From assembly GCA_934667625.1 (NCBI GenBank), contig CAKUMH010000001.1, forward strand, positions 24,792 to 88,791: DNA of 64,000 nt. Direction: 5' to 3'. The DNA comes from an uncultured Elusimicrobiales bacterium (GTDB lineage: Bacteria; Elusimicrobiota; Elusimicrobia; Elusimicrobiales; Elusimicrobiaceae). Made by a program: the position numbers and the translations under genes. Under the pieces are notes generated by a model. The model was not told the DNA's origin, did no database searches, and saw only the letters and a list, made by a program, of their open reading frames with translations. Below, piece by piece: positions 1 to 9,178 of the stretch (positions are counted from its first letter, which is position 1; each line of letters starts with the position of its first letter).

Positions 1-8
1 CCTATATG

Positions 9-1001
9 TTAAAATTTTTGCGGCGCCGTCGGGACCTCGGCTTTTGGGGCCGGCGGCAAGCTGTTTCCCGGCACTGCGGGGGCCGCTTCTGTTGGAATGG
101 TTTCTGTTGGGACAGACGCTGTTTGGGCCGAGTCTATAGGCAAAGCCTCCGTTTGCAAAGCTTGATCCGTTGGAACTGTTTGTTCGGTTTCGGGCCGGGC
201 CGCCGCGGCAGCCGGCACTGGTTCATTTAGCACTTGCATCTGCGCTGGGGCCGGTTCCGCCGCTGGCACGGGCCCCGCCGTTTTACTCACATCATCCAAG
301 GGTGTCTCTTCGGGTTCTTGAGCAACATTTTCCTCCGGGCTTTTTGGCAAAATAAAGGGCGGATCCTCCGGGTCAAACACGATGCCCTCAGCAGGCTCTT
401 TCGGTGCCGGGGCAGGAGCCGGGGGGAGCGCCCCCCCCTTCCACTGCACCGGCTGCTTGGGCGGATAGCGCCGGATAATATCCTGCGCCGAATCCTCATA
501 AAACAAACGCCCCACCTTCCACGAGTCATACAGCTGCTTCTCCGGCGATTCCGGACGGAACACGTCCTTCCCCGTCGTACGGTCAGCCAGCGCAAAGGCC
601 AGCAGGTGCAGCACGGCAATGTCTTTACTGGTAAAATTCTTACGCTTTTCGTATCCGCTCACCCGTGCCAATACCTTGAGCGTGTGTCCCTTTTTAATCC
701 CCGTCATCTGCGGCATAGAGCGCTTATTAAAGGTCACCAGCAGCAACTCATAGGAAAGGGAATCCCCCTTTCCCGTGGCGTAATAATAAAGCGGCGCGTC
801 AATTTTAAGCACCAAACGCAGGCGCAGCGCATCCTCGGTGATTCCCTTCACTTCCCCGCCGAAAGACACCACCTGCCCACGGTAAGCGGCAGGGTCTTTT
901 TCAATGCCCTGCAGGTAATCCAAGTTTTGGTCTTTATACGGAATCATGGCGCTGCAAGCCGCCAAAAGCAGGCCACCCAGCAGCCCTAAAAAACGTTTCA
1001 T
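9..1001 (-). CDS. Lipoprotein with a Pro/Ala/Glu-rich C-terminal region; function unknown.
   Basis: ORF 9..1040; internal Met gives signal peptide MKRFLGLLGGLLLAAC with a lipobox Cys; GGGAG RBS upstream of the ATG at 1001; low-complexity PAPAP tail. Confidence 0.55.
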   Translation of the reverse strand: MKRFLGLLGGLLLAACSAMIPYKDQNLDYLQGIEKDPAAYRGQVVSFGGEVKGITEDALRLRLVLKIDAPLYYYATGKGDSLSYELLLVTFNKRSMPQMTGIKKGHTLKVLARVSGYEKRKNFTSKDIAVLHLLAFALADRTTGKDVFRPESPEKQLYDSWKVGRLFYEDSAQDIIRRYPPKQPVQWKGGALPPAPAPAPKEPAEGIVFDPEDPPFILPKSPEENVAQEPEETPLDDVSKTAGPVPAAEPAPAQMQVLNEPVPAAAAARPETEQTVPTDQALQTEALPIDSAQTASVPTETIPTEAAPAVPGNSLPPAPKAEVPTAPQKF

Positions 1002-1138
1002 ACAAACTCCCGGATATATTATAACTTTTTCAGCCGGCATATGTTGAATGACTAACGCTACCTGTCATACAAAGAAAAAAGGAAGAGGGATCTCGGCCTC
1101 TTCCTTGTAAAACGCCTAACTGCGAAGACAAATAAAAA

Positions 1139-1210
1139 CGCCCTCTGGGAGAATCGAACTCCCCTTTTCGGATTGAAAATCCGACGTCCTAACCGATAGA
1201 CGAAGAGGGC
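1139..1210 (-). tRNA. tRNA-Glu (anticodon UUC)
   Basis: Reverse complement folds as a cloverleaf: 7-bp acceptor stem gccctct/agagggc and anticodon loop ttTTCaa. Confidence 0.8.
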
Positions 1211-1216
1211 ATTAAA

Positions 1217-1291
1217 TGGTGCGCCCGGTGAGACTTGAACTCACGGCCCCCCGCTTAAAAGGCGGATGCTCTACCACTGAGCTACGAGCGC
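1217..1291 (-). tRNA. tRNA-Lys (anticodon UUU), CCA encoded
   Basis: Reverse complement gcgctcgtagctcagtggtagagc...gggcgcacca; anticodon loop cttttaa; T-arm gagttcaagtctc. Confidence 0.85.
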
Positions 1292-1563
1292 TAAAAAATC
1301 AGTCAAAAGAATTTTCCGGGTTTAATCAAGTTCGGGTTAAACCCAACACATTTATTATACTAAAATTTTCGCGCGTGCACAAGATTTTTATTTTTCATCC
1401 TGTCCGGCGCTTTCCTGTGATGATTTATTATAACACTTTTTTTACAAACACGTCAAAAATTTCGTCGCACCGGTTGCCAAAATTGTTTGACAACCCCCGC
1501 CCCGCTTGCTACCATATAACAAAAGGGGTTTTGCCTCTTGTGTTATTTTGCGAGGTTTTATCT

Positions 1564-1941
1564 ATGAAAAAAATTATCAATTCCGCCAGCGCACCCAAGG
1601 CCATCGGGCCGTATTCCCAAGCGGTGGAGGACGGCGGTCTTGTTTTCACATCCGGTGTTTTGCCGGTGGATCCCGTCACGGGGGAAATTTACAGCGGGGA
1701 CGTGCAGGTGCAAACCGAACTGATTTTAAACAATTTGGAAAACATTTTAAAAGAAGCCGGCTGCACGCTTAAAAACGTGGTCAAAACCACCGTGTACATG
1801 ACGGACCTCACCAAATTTGCCGAGATGAACGCCACGTACGAGACCTTCTTTAAAGAGAACCCGCCTGCCCGCAGCACCCTTCAAGTGGTGGCGCTGCCCA
1901 AGGGCAGCGTGGTGGAAATTGAGGCCATCGCCAAAAAATAA
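1564..1941 (+). CDS. ridA: RidA/YjgF family reactive-intermediate deaminase
   Basis: 126 aa from the internal ATG; sequence MKKIINSASAPKAIGPYSQAV...EIEAIA is typical of the RidA family. The long N-terminal extension of ORF 1216..1941 overlaps tRNA-Lys and is rejected. Confidence 0.85.
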   Translation: MKKIINSASAPKAIGPYSQAVEDGGLVFTSGVLPVDPVTGEIYSGDVQVQTELILNNLENILKEAGCTLKNVVKTTVYMTDLTKFAEMNATYETFFKENPPARSTLQVVALPKGSVVEIEAIAKK

Positions 1942-1953
1942 CGGTTTTTTCAG

Positions 1954-3525
1954 ATGACAATTCAAGACCAGGTGCTAAGCAGCCGCTTAAACGGGATTCT
2001 CCTGCCGCTGGCCGCCATGAAGACGGCCCAGGACTGGGGCGTGGGGGATTTTGCCTCGCTGCGCGAATGGGTGGCTTTCTTTGCCAAGCAGGGCGCCAAA
2101 ATCGTGCAGATTTTGCCGCTGCAGGAAACTGCCCCCGGCGAAAATTGCCCCTATTCCGCCTTAAGCGCCTTCGCCACGGACCCAGTATACGCCGATATTT
2201 CCGACGTGTACGACGTGCAAAACAGTCCCGAGGCACAAGCCTATGTGTCCTCTCTCACCGACAAAATCCGCGAATGGAACGCCGCCCCGCGCGCGCCGTT
2301 TTTTGCGGTAAAACAGGCCAAGCTCAAAGCCCTGTGGCTGGGGTACAAACACTTTTTGCAGACGGAGGCCGCCGTCCGCTCCGCACGTTTTTTAGCATTT
2401 GAAGCCTATCAGGCCTCCCAAAGCGGCTGGCTCAAGGGCTATGTGCTTTTCCGCGCCCTCAAAGAATTTTACAAATGGCAAACCTGGACGGCCTGGCCCG
2501 AAGACCTCAAAAATTTTGTTCCCTCCGCCGTTCATGCCTTCCATACCCAATACCGCGAATATGTGGACTTTTTTGCCTATGTGCAATGGGTGCTGGATTT
2601 GCAGCTGCGCCGCACCAAGACCTTTGCACAGGAGCAGGGCGTACTGATTTTTGGCGATATCCCCTTCGGCACCAATTTAGACAGTGCAGAAGTCTGGTCC
2701 GAGCGGGAAAATTACCGCCTCGGATATGAAATCGGCGCCCCCGCCGACCAGTTTTCCAAAGGCGGTCAACGCTGGGGTCTCCCCGCGTACGACTGGCCCT
2801 ACCAACACACGCACAACTTGGATTTATGGCGCCGCAAAATCCGCCGCGTCACCGAACTGTACGACCTCTTCCGCCTGGACCATTTGGTGGGGTTCTTCCG
2901 CACGTACGTTTTCGCCCCGGGGGATGAGCACGGCGCCTTTGATATAGAAGGCGAGCAAAACCAAATTGACCGCGGCTACAATTTTCTGCGCATGGTGCTG
3001 AACGAAGCCCACGGCAAGCTGCCCGTGGGAGAGGATTTAGGGGTCATCCCCAACTATGTACGCCGCATGCTGGCGGATTTACGCATCCCCGGCTATAAGG
3101 TTCTGCGCTGGGAACGCGAGGACAACGGCTACTACCGCGAACCGCGCAACTACCCGCAAGTCTCCTTGGCCACCACCTCCACGCACGATACCGAAACGGT
3201 CCGCGGCTGGTGGGAAACCATGGACATTCGCGAACGCGCCAACATTTGGGAAATGATTTCCGCCAAAAAAACGGACGGAAATATTCCGTTTAATTTAGAT
3301 ACGCAACGCGCTATTTTGCGCCGCGTGCTTGATTCGTCCTCCGCGCTGACGCTTTTTTCCTGGCAAGACGTTATCGGCACGCTGGACCGTGTAAACACGC
3401 CCGGCACGGTGGGCGAGCAAAACTGGACCTACCGCAGTGCCTACACGCCCGATGAAGCGTCCCGCGTGTACGAAAAGGAATTGGCCATGTACCGCGCCCT
3501 GCTTGCGGAAACAGGCCGCCAATAA
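1954..3525 (+). CDS. malQ: 4-alpha-glucanotransferase (amylomaltase, GH77)
   Basis: 523 aa; GH77 signature regions (DWGVGDF..., PLQETAPGENCPYSALSAFATDP, EDLGVIPNYV); length matches Thermus-type amylomaltases. Confidence 0.85.
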   Translation: MTIQDQVLSSRLNGILLPLAAMKTAQDWGVGDFASLREWVAFFAKQGAKIVQILPLQETAPGENCPYSALSAFATDPVYADISDVYDVQNSPEAQAYVSSLTDKIREWNAAPRAPFFAVKQAKLKALWLGYKHFLQTEAAVRSARFLAFEAYQASQSGWLKGYVLFRALKEFYKWQTWTAWPEDLKNFVPSAVHAFHTQYREYVDFFAYVQWVLDLQLRRTKTFAQEQGVLIFGDIPFGTNLDSAEVWSERENYRLGYEIGAPADQFSKGGQRWGLPAYDWPYQHTHNLDLWRRKIRRVTELYDLFRLDHLVGFFRTYVFAPGDEHGAFDIEGEQNQIDRGYNFLRMVLNEAHGKLPVGEDLGVIPNYVRRMLADLRIPGYKVLRWEREDNGYYREPRNYPQVSLATTSTHDTETVRGWWETMDIRERANIWEMISAKKTDGNIPFNLDTQRAILRRVLDSSSALTLFSWQDVIGTLDRVNTPGTVGEQNWTYRSAYTPDEASRVYEKELAMYRALLAETGRQ

Positions 3526-3530
3526 AATTT

Positions 3531-4466
3531 ATGACAAACGAATTTACCGCCATTATCCCTGCCGCGGGCAAAGGCGTACGCTTGCTGCCCTATACGGCCA
3601 ATATGCCCAAAACCATGATCAGCGTGGCCGGCAAACCCATTTTGGGCCATATTTTGGACCAAGTAGAAGGGCTGGGTATTAAAAAGGTGGTTTTTATCGT
3701 CGGTTATAAAAAAGAAGCCATTGTGGAATTTGTCCGCTCGCAATACCCGCATTTACAGGTGTGTTTTGTGGAACAGGCCGAACCCAAGGGCTTGGGCCAC
3801 GCCATTTATTTAGCCAAACCATACGTCACGGGGCCATGCTTTATCTTACTGGGCGATACGATTGTAGACGGCGATTTGCGCCCCCTCGTTTTCGGCGGAC
3901 AAAATGCCGTGGGCATTAAGCCCGTGTCCGATCCGTCCCGTTTTGGCATCGTAGAACTGAAAGACGAAAGAATCCTTTCGTTTGAAGAAAAACCCGAACA
4001 CCCCAAGTCCAATTTGGCTATTATCGGGGCCTACTCGTTTTTAGACAGTGCCCGACTCTTCTCCGCCTTGGAGGAAGTTATCCGCTCGGGCAAAACGGTT
4101 AAGAACGAAATCCAACTGACCGATGCCCTGTCCGTCCTGCTGGCGCGCGGGGTGACCATTGCTCCCGTGCACCTAAACGATTGGTTTGACTGCGGCACCG
4201 TGGAGGTGCTGTTACAAACCAACCGCCTGCTTTTGGACCGTCATCAAAACGTCCCCCCCGCCCTGCAAAAACACAACAACATCGTGCCGCCCTGCTGGAT
4301 TGCAGACGGCGTCAAGGCCGAAAATTGTGTGTTGGGACCTTATGTTTCCGTAGCGTACGGCGCCCAGCTGGAAGGCTGCACGCTGCAGGACGTCATCGTC
4401 GGGCCGCAAACCAATCTACATAAAAAAACCGCAACGCATGCGGTTTTAGATAAATTTAATTCGTAA
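3531..4466 (+). CDS. Sugar-phosphate nucleotidyltransferase (NTP_transferase domain plus a C-terminal left-handed beta-helix)
   Basis: N-terminal AIIPAAGKGVRLLPYTANMPKTMISVAGKPIL nucleotide-binding motif; C-terminal hexapeptide-repeat region; immediately downstream of malQ. Confidence 0.75.
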   Translation: MTNEFTAIIPAAGKGVRLLPYTANMPKTMISVAGKPILGHILDQVEGLGIKKVVFIVGYKKEAIVEFVRSQYPHLQVCFVEQAEPKGLGHAIYLAKPYVTGPCFILLGDTIVDGDLRPLVFGGQNAVGIKPVSDPSRFGIVELKDERILSFEEKPEHPKSNLAIIGAYSFLDSARLFSALEEVIRSGKTVKNEIQLTDALSVLLARGVTIAPVHLNDWFDCGTVEVLLQTNRLLLDRHQNVPPALQKHNNIVPPCWIADGVKAENCVLGPYVSVAYGAQLEGCTLQDVIVGPQTNLHKKTATHAVLDKFNS

Positions 4467-4469
4467 AAC

Positions 4470-5003
4470 TTATTGTTGGGGCGCTTCTGCCGCTTTTTCC
4501 GCTGGCGCGGGCACTTCGTCTGCGGCAGGTGTTTCTGCGGGGGCTTGCTCCTCCGCGGCCGGACCAGTGGCGGGCGGCTGTGGGAACAGTTCCTCGGCCA
4601 GTTTTTCGGCGTATTCGCGCGCGGTGTTATAGTCCGCAACGGCCTGGGTGAATTGGGAAGTCGGGCGGTTGGTATCCGTGTTTTTGGCCATTTCCAGCTC
4701 CAGCTGGGCCTTTTTAATGTAAAAATCCTCCAACGCCAGCAATAAGCGGATTTGGTTCACCAGCCGGTCTTTTTCCTCATTCACCACCACCGGGCAGGAC
4801 TGCAAAGCCTGGTTTAAAATATCCAAATTTTTCCCCGCCGTCTCTAGCGTCAGTTCCGCCAGTGCCGGGTTCTGCGTGTTAAGCGGCGGCACGGAAACAG
4901 AGGCCGCCAAAGTGGCCCCGTGCTCGGGCAGATACATATTGCCCACCATCATTCCGCCCACAAAGAGGAGCGCCATCGTAAAAAGATAAAGAATGTAACG
5001 CAT
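4470..5003 (-). CDS. Hypothetical membrane-anchored protein with a Pro/Ala/Glu-rich tail
   Basis: 177 aa; N-terminal TM helix (ILYLFTMALLFVGGMMVG); no recognisable domain. Confidence 0.5.
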   Translation of the reverse strand: MRYILYLFTMALLFVGGMMVGNMYLPEHGATLAASVSVPPLNTQNPALAELTLETAGKNLDILNQALQSCPVVVNEEKDRLVNQIRLLLALEDFYIKKAQLELEMAKNTDTNRPTSQFTQAVADYNTAREYAEKLAEELFPQPPATGPAAEEQAPAETPAADEVPAPAEKAAEAPQQ

Positions 5004-5039
5004 AGATAAAATCCTTTTTTATATTTTATCAAAATGGCG

Positions 5040-5067
5040 TTCAAATGAAACGCGTATTTACTATAAT
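5040..5067 (+). promoter_or_regulatory. Putative sigma70-type promoter (-35 TTCAAA, 16-nt spacer, -10 TATAAT) for the 5099 gene
   Basis: Hexamers read directly from the sequence; an AAGGAG RBS follows 7 nt before the ATG at 5099. Confidence 0.3.
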
Positions 5068-5098
5068 AAACCTAACAGACTTTACAAGGAGTTTTTTT

Positions 5099-5623
5099 AT
5101 GGCAAAAATAAAATTCGGAAAACAAGGTCATTTAGAATTGGAAATTACCCCGCTGACCATTTGGTCCAATCCGGGCAGTGAAGGCGAGTTTATGGAGTAT
5201 CAGCTGGGGCTCTATTGCGAGGGCGTCAGCGTATTTAACGAACACTGGACGGACAAACTCGTGGCCTTAAAGGACGAAGAAACCATTTACATCTCGGACT
5301 TCATCGCCGAAACGCTCACCGAACATAAGGAAAATAATTGGACCATGTTAGAGCCGAAAGTATCGCTCTATATGCGCCCGTCCGAGGCCGCCCCGGGGTG
5401 CTGCCGCTCCTACAACCAGCCGGACAATTTTTTATTACAGCTCACCCTGGAGCAAAACATTTTTGCCGGAGAAAACAAAACCTTCGGCCCGTATTCCAAT
5501 ACCGGGCTTACCCTTCAGTTTGAGGCGCCAGGCAAGGCGTGGGCCCAATTCGCGCAGGACATCCGCACCGAAGAAGAAGATTTTGACGAAGAAGACCCCA
5601 CCGCGGACGAATACCGGGATTAA
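5099..5623 (+). CDS. Hypothetical protein with a strongly acidic C-terminal tail
   Basis: 174 aa from the ATG with the AAGGAG RBS (ORF 5045..5623); tail EEEDFDEEDPTADEYRD; no confident family. Confidence 0.5.
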   Translation: MAKIKFGKQGHLELEITPLTIWSNPGSEGEFMEYQLGLYCEGVSVFNEHWTDKLVALKDEETIYISDFIAETLTEHKENNWTMLEPKVSLYMRPSEAAPGCCRSYNQPDNFLLQLTLEQNIFAGENKTFGPYSNTGLTLQFEAPGKAWAQFAQDIRTEEEDFDEEDPTADEYRD

Positions 5624-5629
5624 AGCTTT

Positions 5630-6307
5630 TTGATCGGCGAAAATATGTTCTTTAAGTACGGAAAGGCCGAAACGGACTACCTCAAACAGCGTTGCCCCCG
5701 CTTGGCCCACGTGATTGAACATGTCGGCCCCATCAAGCGCCGGGCGGACCGGGATTTGTTTTCTGCCGTTGTACACCATATTGTGGGTCAACAGATTTCC
5801 ACCAAGGCCCAGGCCACTATTTGGGACCGCTTTGAAAAGGGCCTCCTACACGTCACTCCCCAAACCGTGGTGCAGGCCGGGCTGGCGCGTGTGCAGGGGT
5901 TTGGCATTTCGTTTAAAAAGGCGGAAAACATCTTGGATTTTGCCCAAAAAATTCAAAACAACGCCTTTGACCTGAACGCCCTGTGGCACCTGCCGGATGC
6001 GGAAGTGGCACAGCGGCTTTCTTCCTTAAAAGGCGTAGGCGTGTGGACGGCCGAAATGCTCCTGCTTTTTTGCATGGAGCGCCCCGATATCTTTAGCTAT
6101 GACGACTTGGCCCTCCAGCGCGGCCTGCGCATGCTTTACCACCACCGCAAAATTACGCGTCCCCTGTTTGAAAAATACCGCAAACGTTTCAGTCCGTACG
6201 GCTCGGTAGCCAGTTTGTATTTGTGGGCAGTGGCAGGCGGAGCAGTACCCGGGCTAAAGGATTACGCCCCGGCAAAAAAGGCCCCAAAACCCGCCAAAAG
6301 GAAATAA
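5630..6307 (+). CDS. alkA: DNA-3-methyladenine glycosylase II-like (HhH-GPD superfamily)
   Basis: HhH-GPD region (VGVWTAEMLLLF...DDLALQRGL); sits next to ogt, consistent with an alkylation-repair cluster. Confidence 0.75.
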   Translation: MIGENMFFKYGKAETDYLKQRCPRLAHVIEHVGPIKRRADRDLFSAVVHHIVGQQISTKAQATIWDRFEKGLLHVTPQTVVQAGLARVQGFGISFKKAENILDFAQKIQNNAFDLNALWHLPDAEVAQRLSSLKGVGVWTAEMLLLFCMERPDIFSYDDLALQRGLRMLYHHRKITRPLFEKYRKRFSPYGSVASLYLWAVAGGAVPGLKDYAPAKKAPKPAKRK

Positions 6308-6308
6308 T

Positions 6309-6812
6309 ATGCTTTACTCCACCCTTTACCACTCCCCCATTGGGGAACTCACCCTGGCCGCCAACGGCGAAGCCTTATCCGGCCTGTGGCTGGCTGGGCA
6401 AAAATGCTTTGGCGGCAGTTACCGGGAAACCTTTGTCCGGCAGGATGCACTGCCTATTTTTAAGCAGACGGCCCTCTGGCTGGACGATTATTTTGCCGGA
6501 AAGCGCCCGCCGATTTCGGCGCTTGCGCTATCGCCCGCAGGCAGTCCGTTCCGCCAACGGGTGTGGCATCTTTTGTGCCAAATCCCCTATGGGCAGGTAA
6601 CCACCTATGGCCAACTGGCCCGGCAGCTTGCCAAGCAAATGGGGCGCACCACCTTTTCGGCCCAGGCTGTGGGCGGCGCCGTGGGGCACAACCCCATTTC
6701 TATTATTATTCCTTGCCACCGCGTCGTCGGCACAAACGGCAGATTAACAGGCTATGCAGGCGGCTTAAACGCCAAGGCCTGGTTACTCGCACACGAAGGA
6801 GTCGTTCTGTGA
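6309..6812 (+). CDS. ogt: Methylated-DNA--protein-cysteine methyltransferase
   Basis: 167 aa with N- and C-terminal domains; active-site PCHRVV; HTH region TYGQLA. Confidence 0.9.
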   Translation: MLYSTLYHSPIGELTLAANGEALSGLWLAGQKCFGGSYRETFVRQDALPIFKQTALWLDDYFAGKRPPISALALSPAGSPFRQRVWHLLCQIPYGQVTTYGQLARQLAKQMGRTTFSAQAVGGAVGHNPISIIIPCHRVVGTNGRLTGYAGGLNAKAWLLAHEGVVL

Positions 6813-7147
6813 CTTCTTTTCCTCCCGACGGAAAACCTGCTAAACGCCACTTAACGGACGACCTCGCCTATCAGGTGCTAAGCGCGGTGGAAGAAATCCC
6901 CTGCGGCAAAGTAGCCTCTTACGGTCAGCTGGCGCGCCTCATCGGCCGTCCCCAAAATTCGCGCCTGGTGGGAAAAATTTTAAGCCGCGCCGAATTTTAC
7001 GGCTCCTACCCCTGCCACCGCGTGGTCAACCATGCCGGCCGCCTCGCTCCCGGCTTTGCCGAACAAAAGGCACTGCTGCTGGCAGAAGGGGTGCGGTTTA
7101 CGGACAGCACGCATGTAAACATGAAAAAACATCGGTGGGATTTTTAG
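6809..7147 (+). CDS. Single-domain MGMT-family protein (DNA-binding/alkyltransferase C-terminal domain only) that retains the Cys in PCHRVV
   Basis: GTG start overlaps the ogt stop by 4 nt (GTGA); SYGQLA plus PCHRVV; the upstream part of ORF 6563..7147 overlaps ogt in another frame and is rejected. Confidence 0.6.
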   Translation: MTSFPPDGKPAKRHLTDDLAYQVLSAVEEIPCGKVASYGQLARLIGRPQNSRLVGKILSRAEFYGSYPCHRVVNHAGRLAPGFAEQKALLLAEGVRFTDSTHVNMKKHRWDF

Positions 7148-7190
7148 CGGGATTTTGGGAAACAGAGACTTCCGTTTTTGCACAAAAACA

Positions 7191-8747
7191 CTACTTTTTT
7201 GCGTTTTTTTCCACTTTTTTATAGAGTTTCAGCGCGGGTTTTAGCTCATTTTTTGCCCAATTTAGGTACTTTTGGGCCATTTCCGGCCGGTTTTGCGCCG
7301 CATAAACGGCCCCCAAATGGTAGGCTATTTCGGCATTTTGCTCCACCACCGGTTCGGGGATATTTTCCAGTAAATTTAAGGCTTTTTCCACATTCCCCTG
7401 CTTGAAATAAATCCACGCCTGCGTGTCTATAAACGCGTACTGCTGCGGGGCCAGCGCCAGCGCCCGGGCAACATACTCCTGCGCCTCGTCTAAACGCTTA
7501 CCTCTCTCGGCGAGCGAGTACGCCTGCAAATTAAGCGCGGCGGCATTTTGTGGATTTTTCTTTAAAATTTGAGCAATTTGCGCTTCCATTGCGCGGTATT
7601 TTTTTAAGCTTTCCAATACGAAGGCATACTGCAGACGCGCCTCTTCGTAAGCGGGGTTAGTCTGCAAAATTTTTTCCAGCACGCGGGCGGCTTTTTTGTA
7701 AGATTTGGCCTCGTTTAACGCCAGCGCATAAAAATACGCAATTTCCACATTCCCGTCAAATTTTTGGTAGGCCTGCGCGAGCGTTTTTAAACTTTCCTGC
7801 GGTTGGTTCAACCTTTTTTGGTAAAAGCTCACCTGCAGCCATTTGGCGGCGGTTTGGTTGTAATCCTCCGCGTCTTTCACGTATTGCGCGGCGGCGGCGA
7901 AATCGCCCTCCTGTTCCGCCAAAAGCGCTAAAAAGTAGGAAGAAGGCACGTCTGCGTTGTCATCGGCTTTGGCTTTTAAAAAATACTGTTTTGCTTTTGG
8001 AAAATCCTTCACCAACAAAAAGACGGAAGCCATGCGTGAATACGTCGCCGCGTTGGCGTAGCCGGCCTGCTCCAGTTCTTCCAATTCGTGCAGCATTAAA
8101 AAGTATTGGGAAGTTTTTTCGTACACTTCGGCGCGGCCCAGTTTAGCGGCGGAAAATTCCGGGTCTGCCTGCAGGGCCTTATTGTAGTAAGTAAGGGCGC
8201 TTTCCCACTGTCCGCGGCGCTGGTACAACTGGGCGATTGCGGCATAGACATCGGCGGAAGCCGCCGGGGCTTTTTCGGCCAGCTCCAACAGTTTAGACAC
8301 CGCCGTTTGGGGCGGGAAGGTGCTTAAAAAGGCGACATACTGGTAAAGCACGGCGGCGTTATCCGGGGCCAGTTCCAGCGCACGGGCGAAGGCCTTTTCG
8401 GCCTCCTGCAAATTTCCCTTCTTCCACTGGTAGGACGCATAGACCGTAAAATCCTCGGCGTCTTGGGAATCCTCGGAAAAGAAATCCGCATACGGTTCCG
8501 CCTTGGACAAATCCCCCATGGCAAGGGCGTTTAACACCAACAAGCGCTTAAGGTAAACAGAATCCGGTGCGGCCCTGAGTACGGCCTGCAAATACACATA
8601 ACTATTGGGGTCCTCGTTACGCAGGGCATAGACGGATTTTAGAAATTGGTTGAAGAGCGCCGCTTCTTGGCGACCCTCCGGGCTAACGGAAAGCGCCCAG
8701 CAGGGGGTGCAAGCCAAACAGACAAGCAAGGCAAAAATTTTCTTCAT
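7191..8747 (-). CDS. TPR-repeat lipoprotein
   Basis: 518 aa; signal peptide MKKIFALLVCLACTPC; multiple tetratricopeptide-like repeats (AxxxYxxAL patterns). Confidence 0.7.
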   Translation of the reverse strand: MKKIFALLVCLACTPCWALSVSPEGRQEAALFNQFLKSVYALRNEDPNSYVYLQAVLRAAPDSVYLKRLLVLNALAMGDLSKAEPYADFFSEDSQDAEDFTVYASYQWKKGNLQEAEKAFARALELAPDNAAVLYQYVAFLSTFPPQTAVSKLLELAEKAPAASADVYAAIAQLYQRRGQWESALTYYNKALQADPEFSAAKLGRAEVYEKTSQYFLMLHELEELEQAGYANAATYSRMASVFLLVKDFPKAKQYFLKAKADDNADVPSSYFLALLAEQEGDFAAAAQYVKDAEDYNQTAAKWLQVSFYQKRLNQPQESLKTLAQAYQKFDGNVEIAYFYALALNEAKSYKKAARVLEKILQTNPAYEEARLQYAFVLESLKKYRAMEAQIAQILKKNPQNAAALNLQAYSLAERGKRLDEAQEYVARALALAPQQYAFIDTQAWIYFKQGNVEKALNLLENIPEPVVEQNAEIAYHLGAVYAAQNRPEMAQKYLNWAKNELKPALKLYKKVEKNAKK

Positions 8748-9178
8748 AACTCCGCTCCCATAATCAGTGCGTCCTCTTGGTTATGATAAAACTTTTTACG
8801 GCGGCCCATTTCCTTTAACCCCGCCTTGCGGTACAGCGCCAGGGCCGGCCCGTTATGGCAATTTACTTCCAGCGTGACCGTTTGACCACCCTGCGCGCGC
8901 ACCTGCGCCAACAGGTGGGACAAAAGCGCAAACGCAATTCCGCGGCGGCAAAAAGCGGGAAGGACCGCCACATTTAAAATTTCGCAAAACCCGGCCGCCA
9001 AGCGGCAGGCGGCAAAAGCTATGACGTTTCCCTCTTCTTCGGCCGCCCACACTTGCGCCGCAGCGGAAGTAAGCTCACCCTTCCACCCCTGTACGTCCCA
9101 ATGGGCGCTCATCGGTTGGGAAGCATCTATGGCGGCCAGCTGCTCGGCCTCCAAGGGAAGGGCGAGGCGTATTCTCAT
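8744..9178 (-). CDS. rimI: GNAT N-acetyltransferase, RimI-like (ribosomal-protein-alanine acetyltransferase)
   Basis: 144 aa GNAT fold motifs; lies in the conserved tsaE-tsaB-rimI arrangement. Confidence 0.75.
   Translation of the reverse strand: MRIRLALPLEAEQLAAIDASQPMSAHWDVQGWKGELTSAAAQVWAAEEEGNVIAFAACRLAAGFCEILNVAVLPAFCRRGIAFALLSHLLAQVRAQGGQTVTLEVNCHNGPALALYRKAGLKEMGRRKKFYHNQEDALIMGAEL

Noticed and set aside
1216-1563. N-terminal extension of ORF 1216..1941 upstream of ridA
   Set aside because: It overlaps tRNA-Lys and an AT-rich promoter region; RidA homology starts at the ATG at 1564.
6563-6808. Upstream two-thirds of ORF 6563..7147 (194 aa) overlapping ogt
   Set aside because: It overlaps ogt in a different frame with Arg/Pro-rich junk composition; the conserved MGMT-domain sequence starts at GTG 6809.
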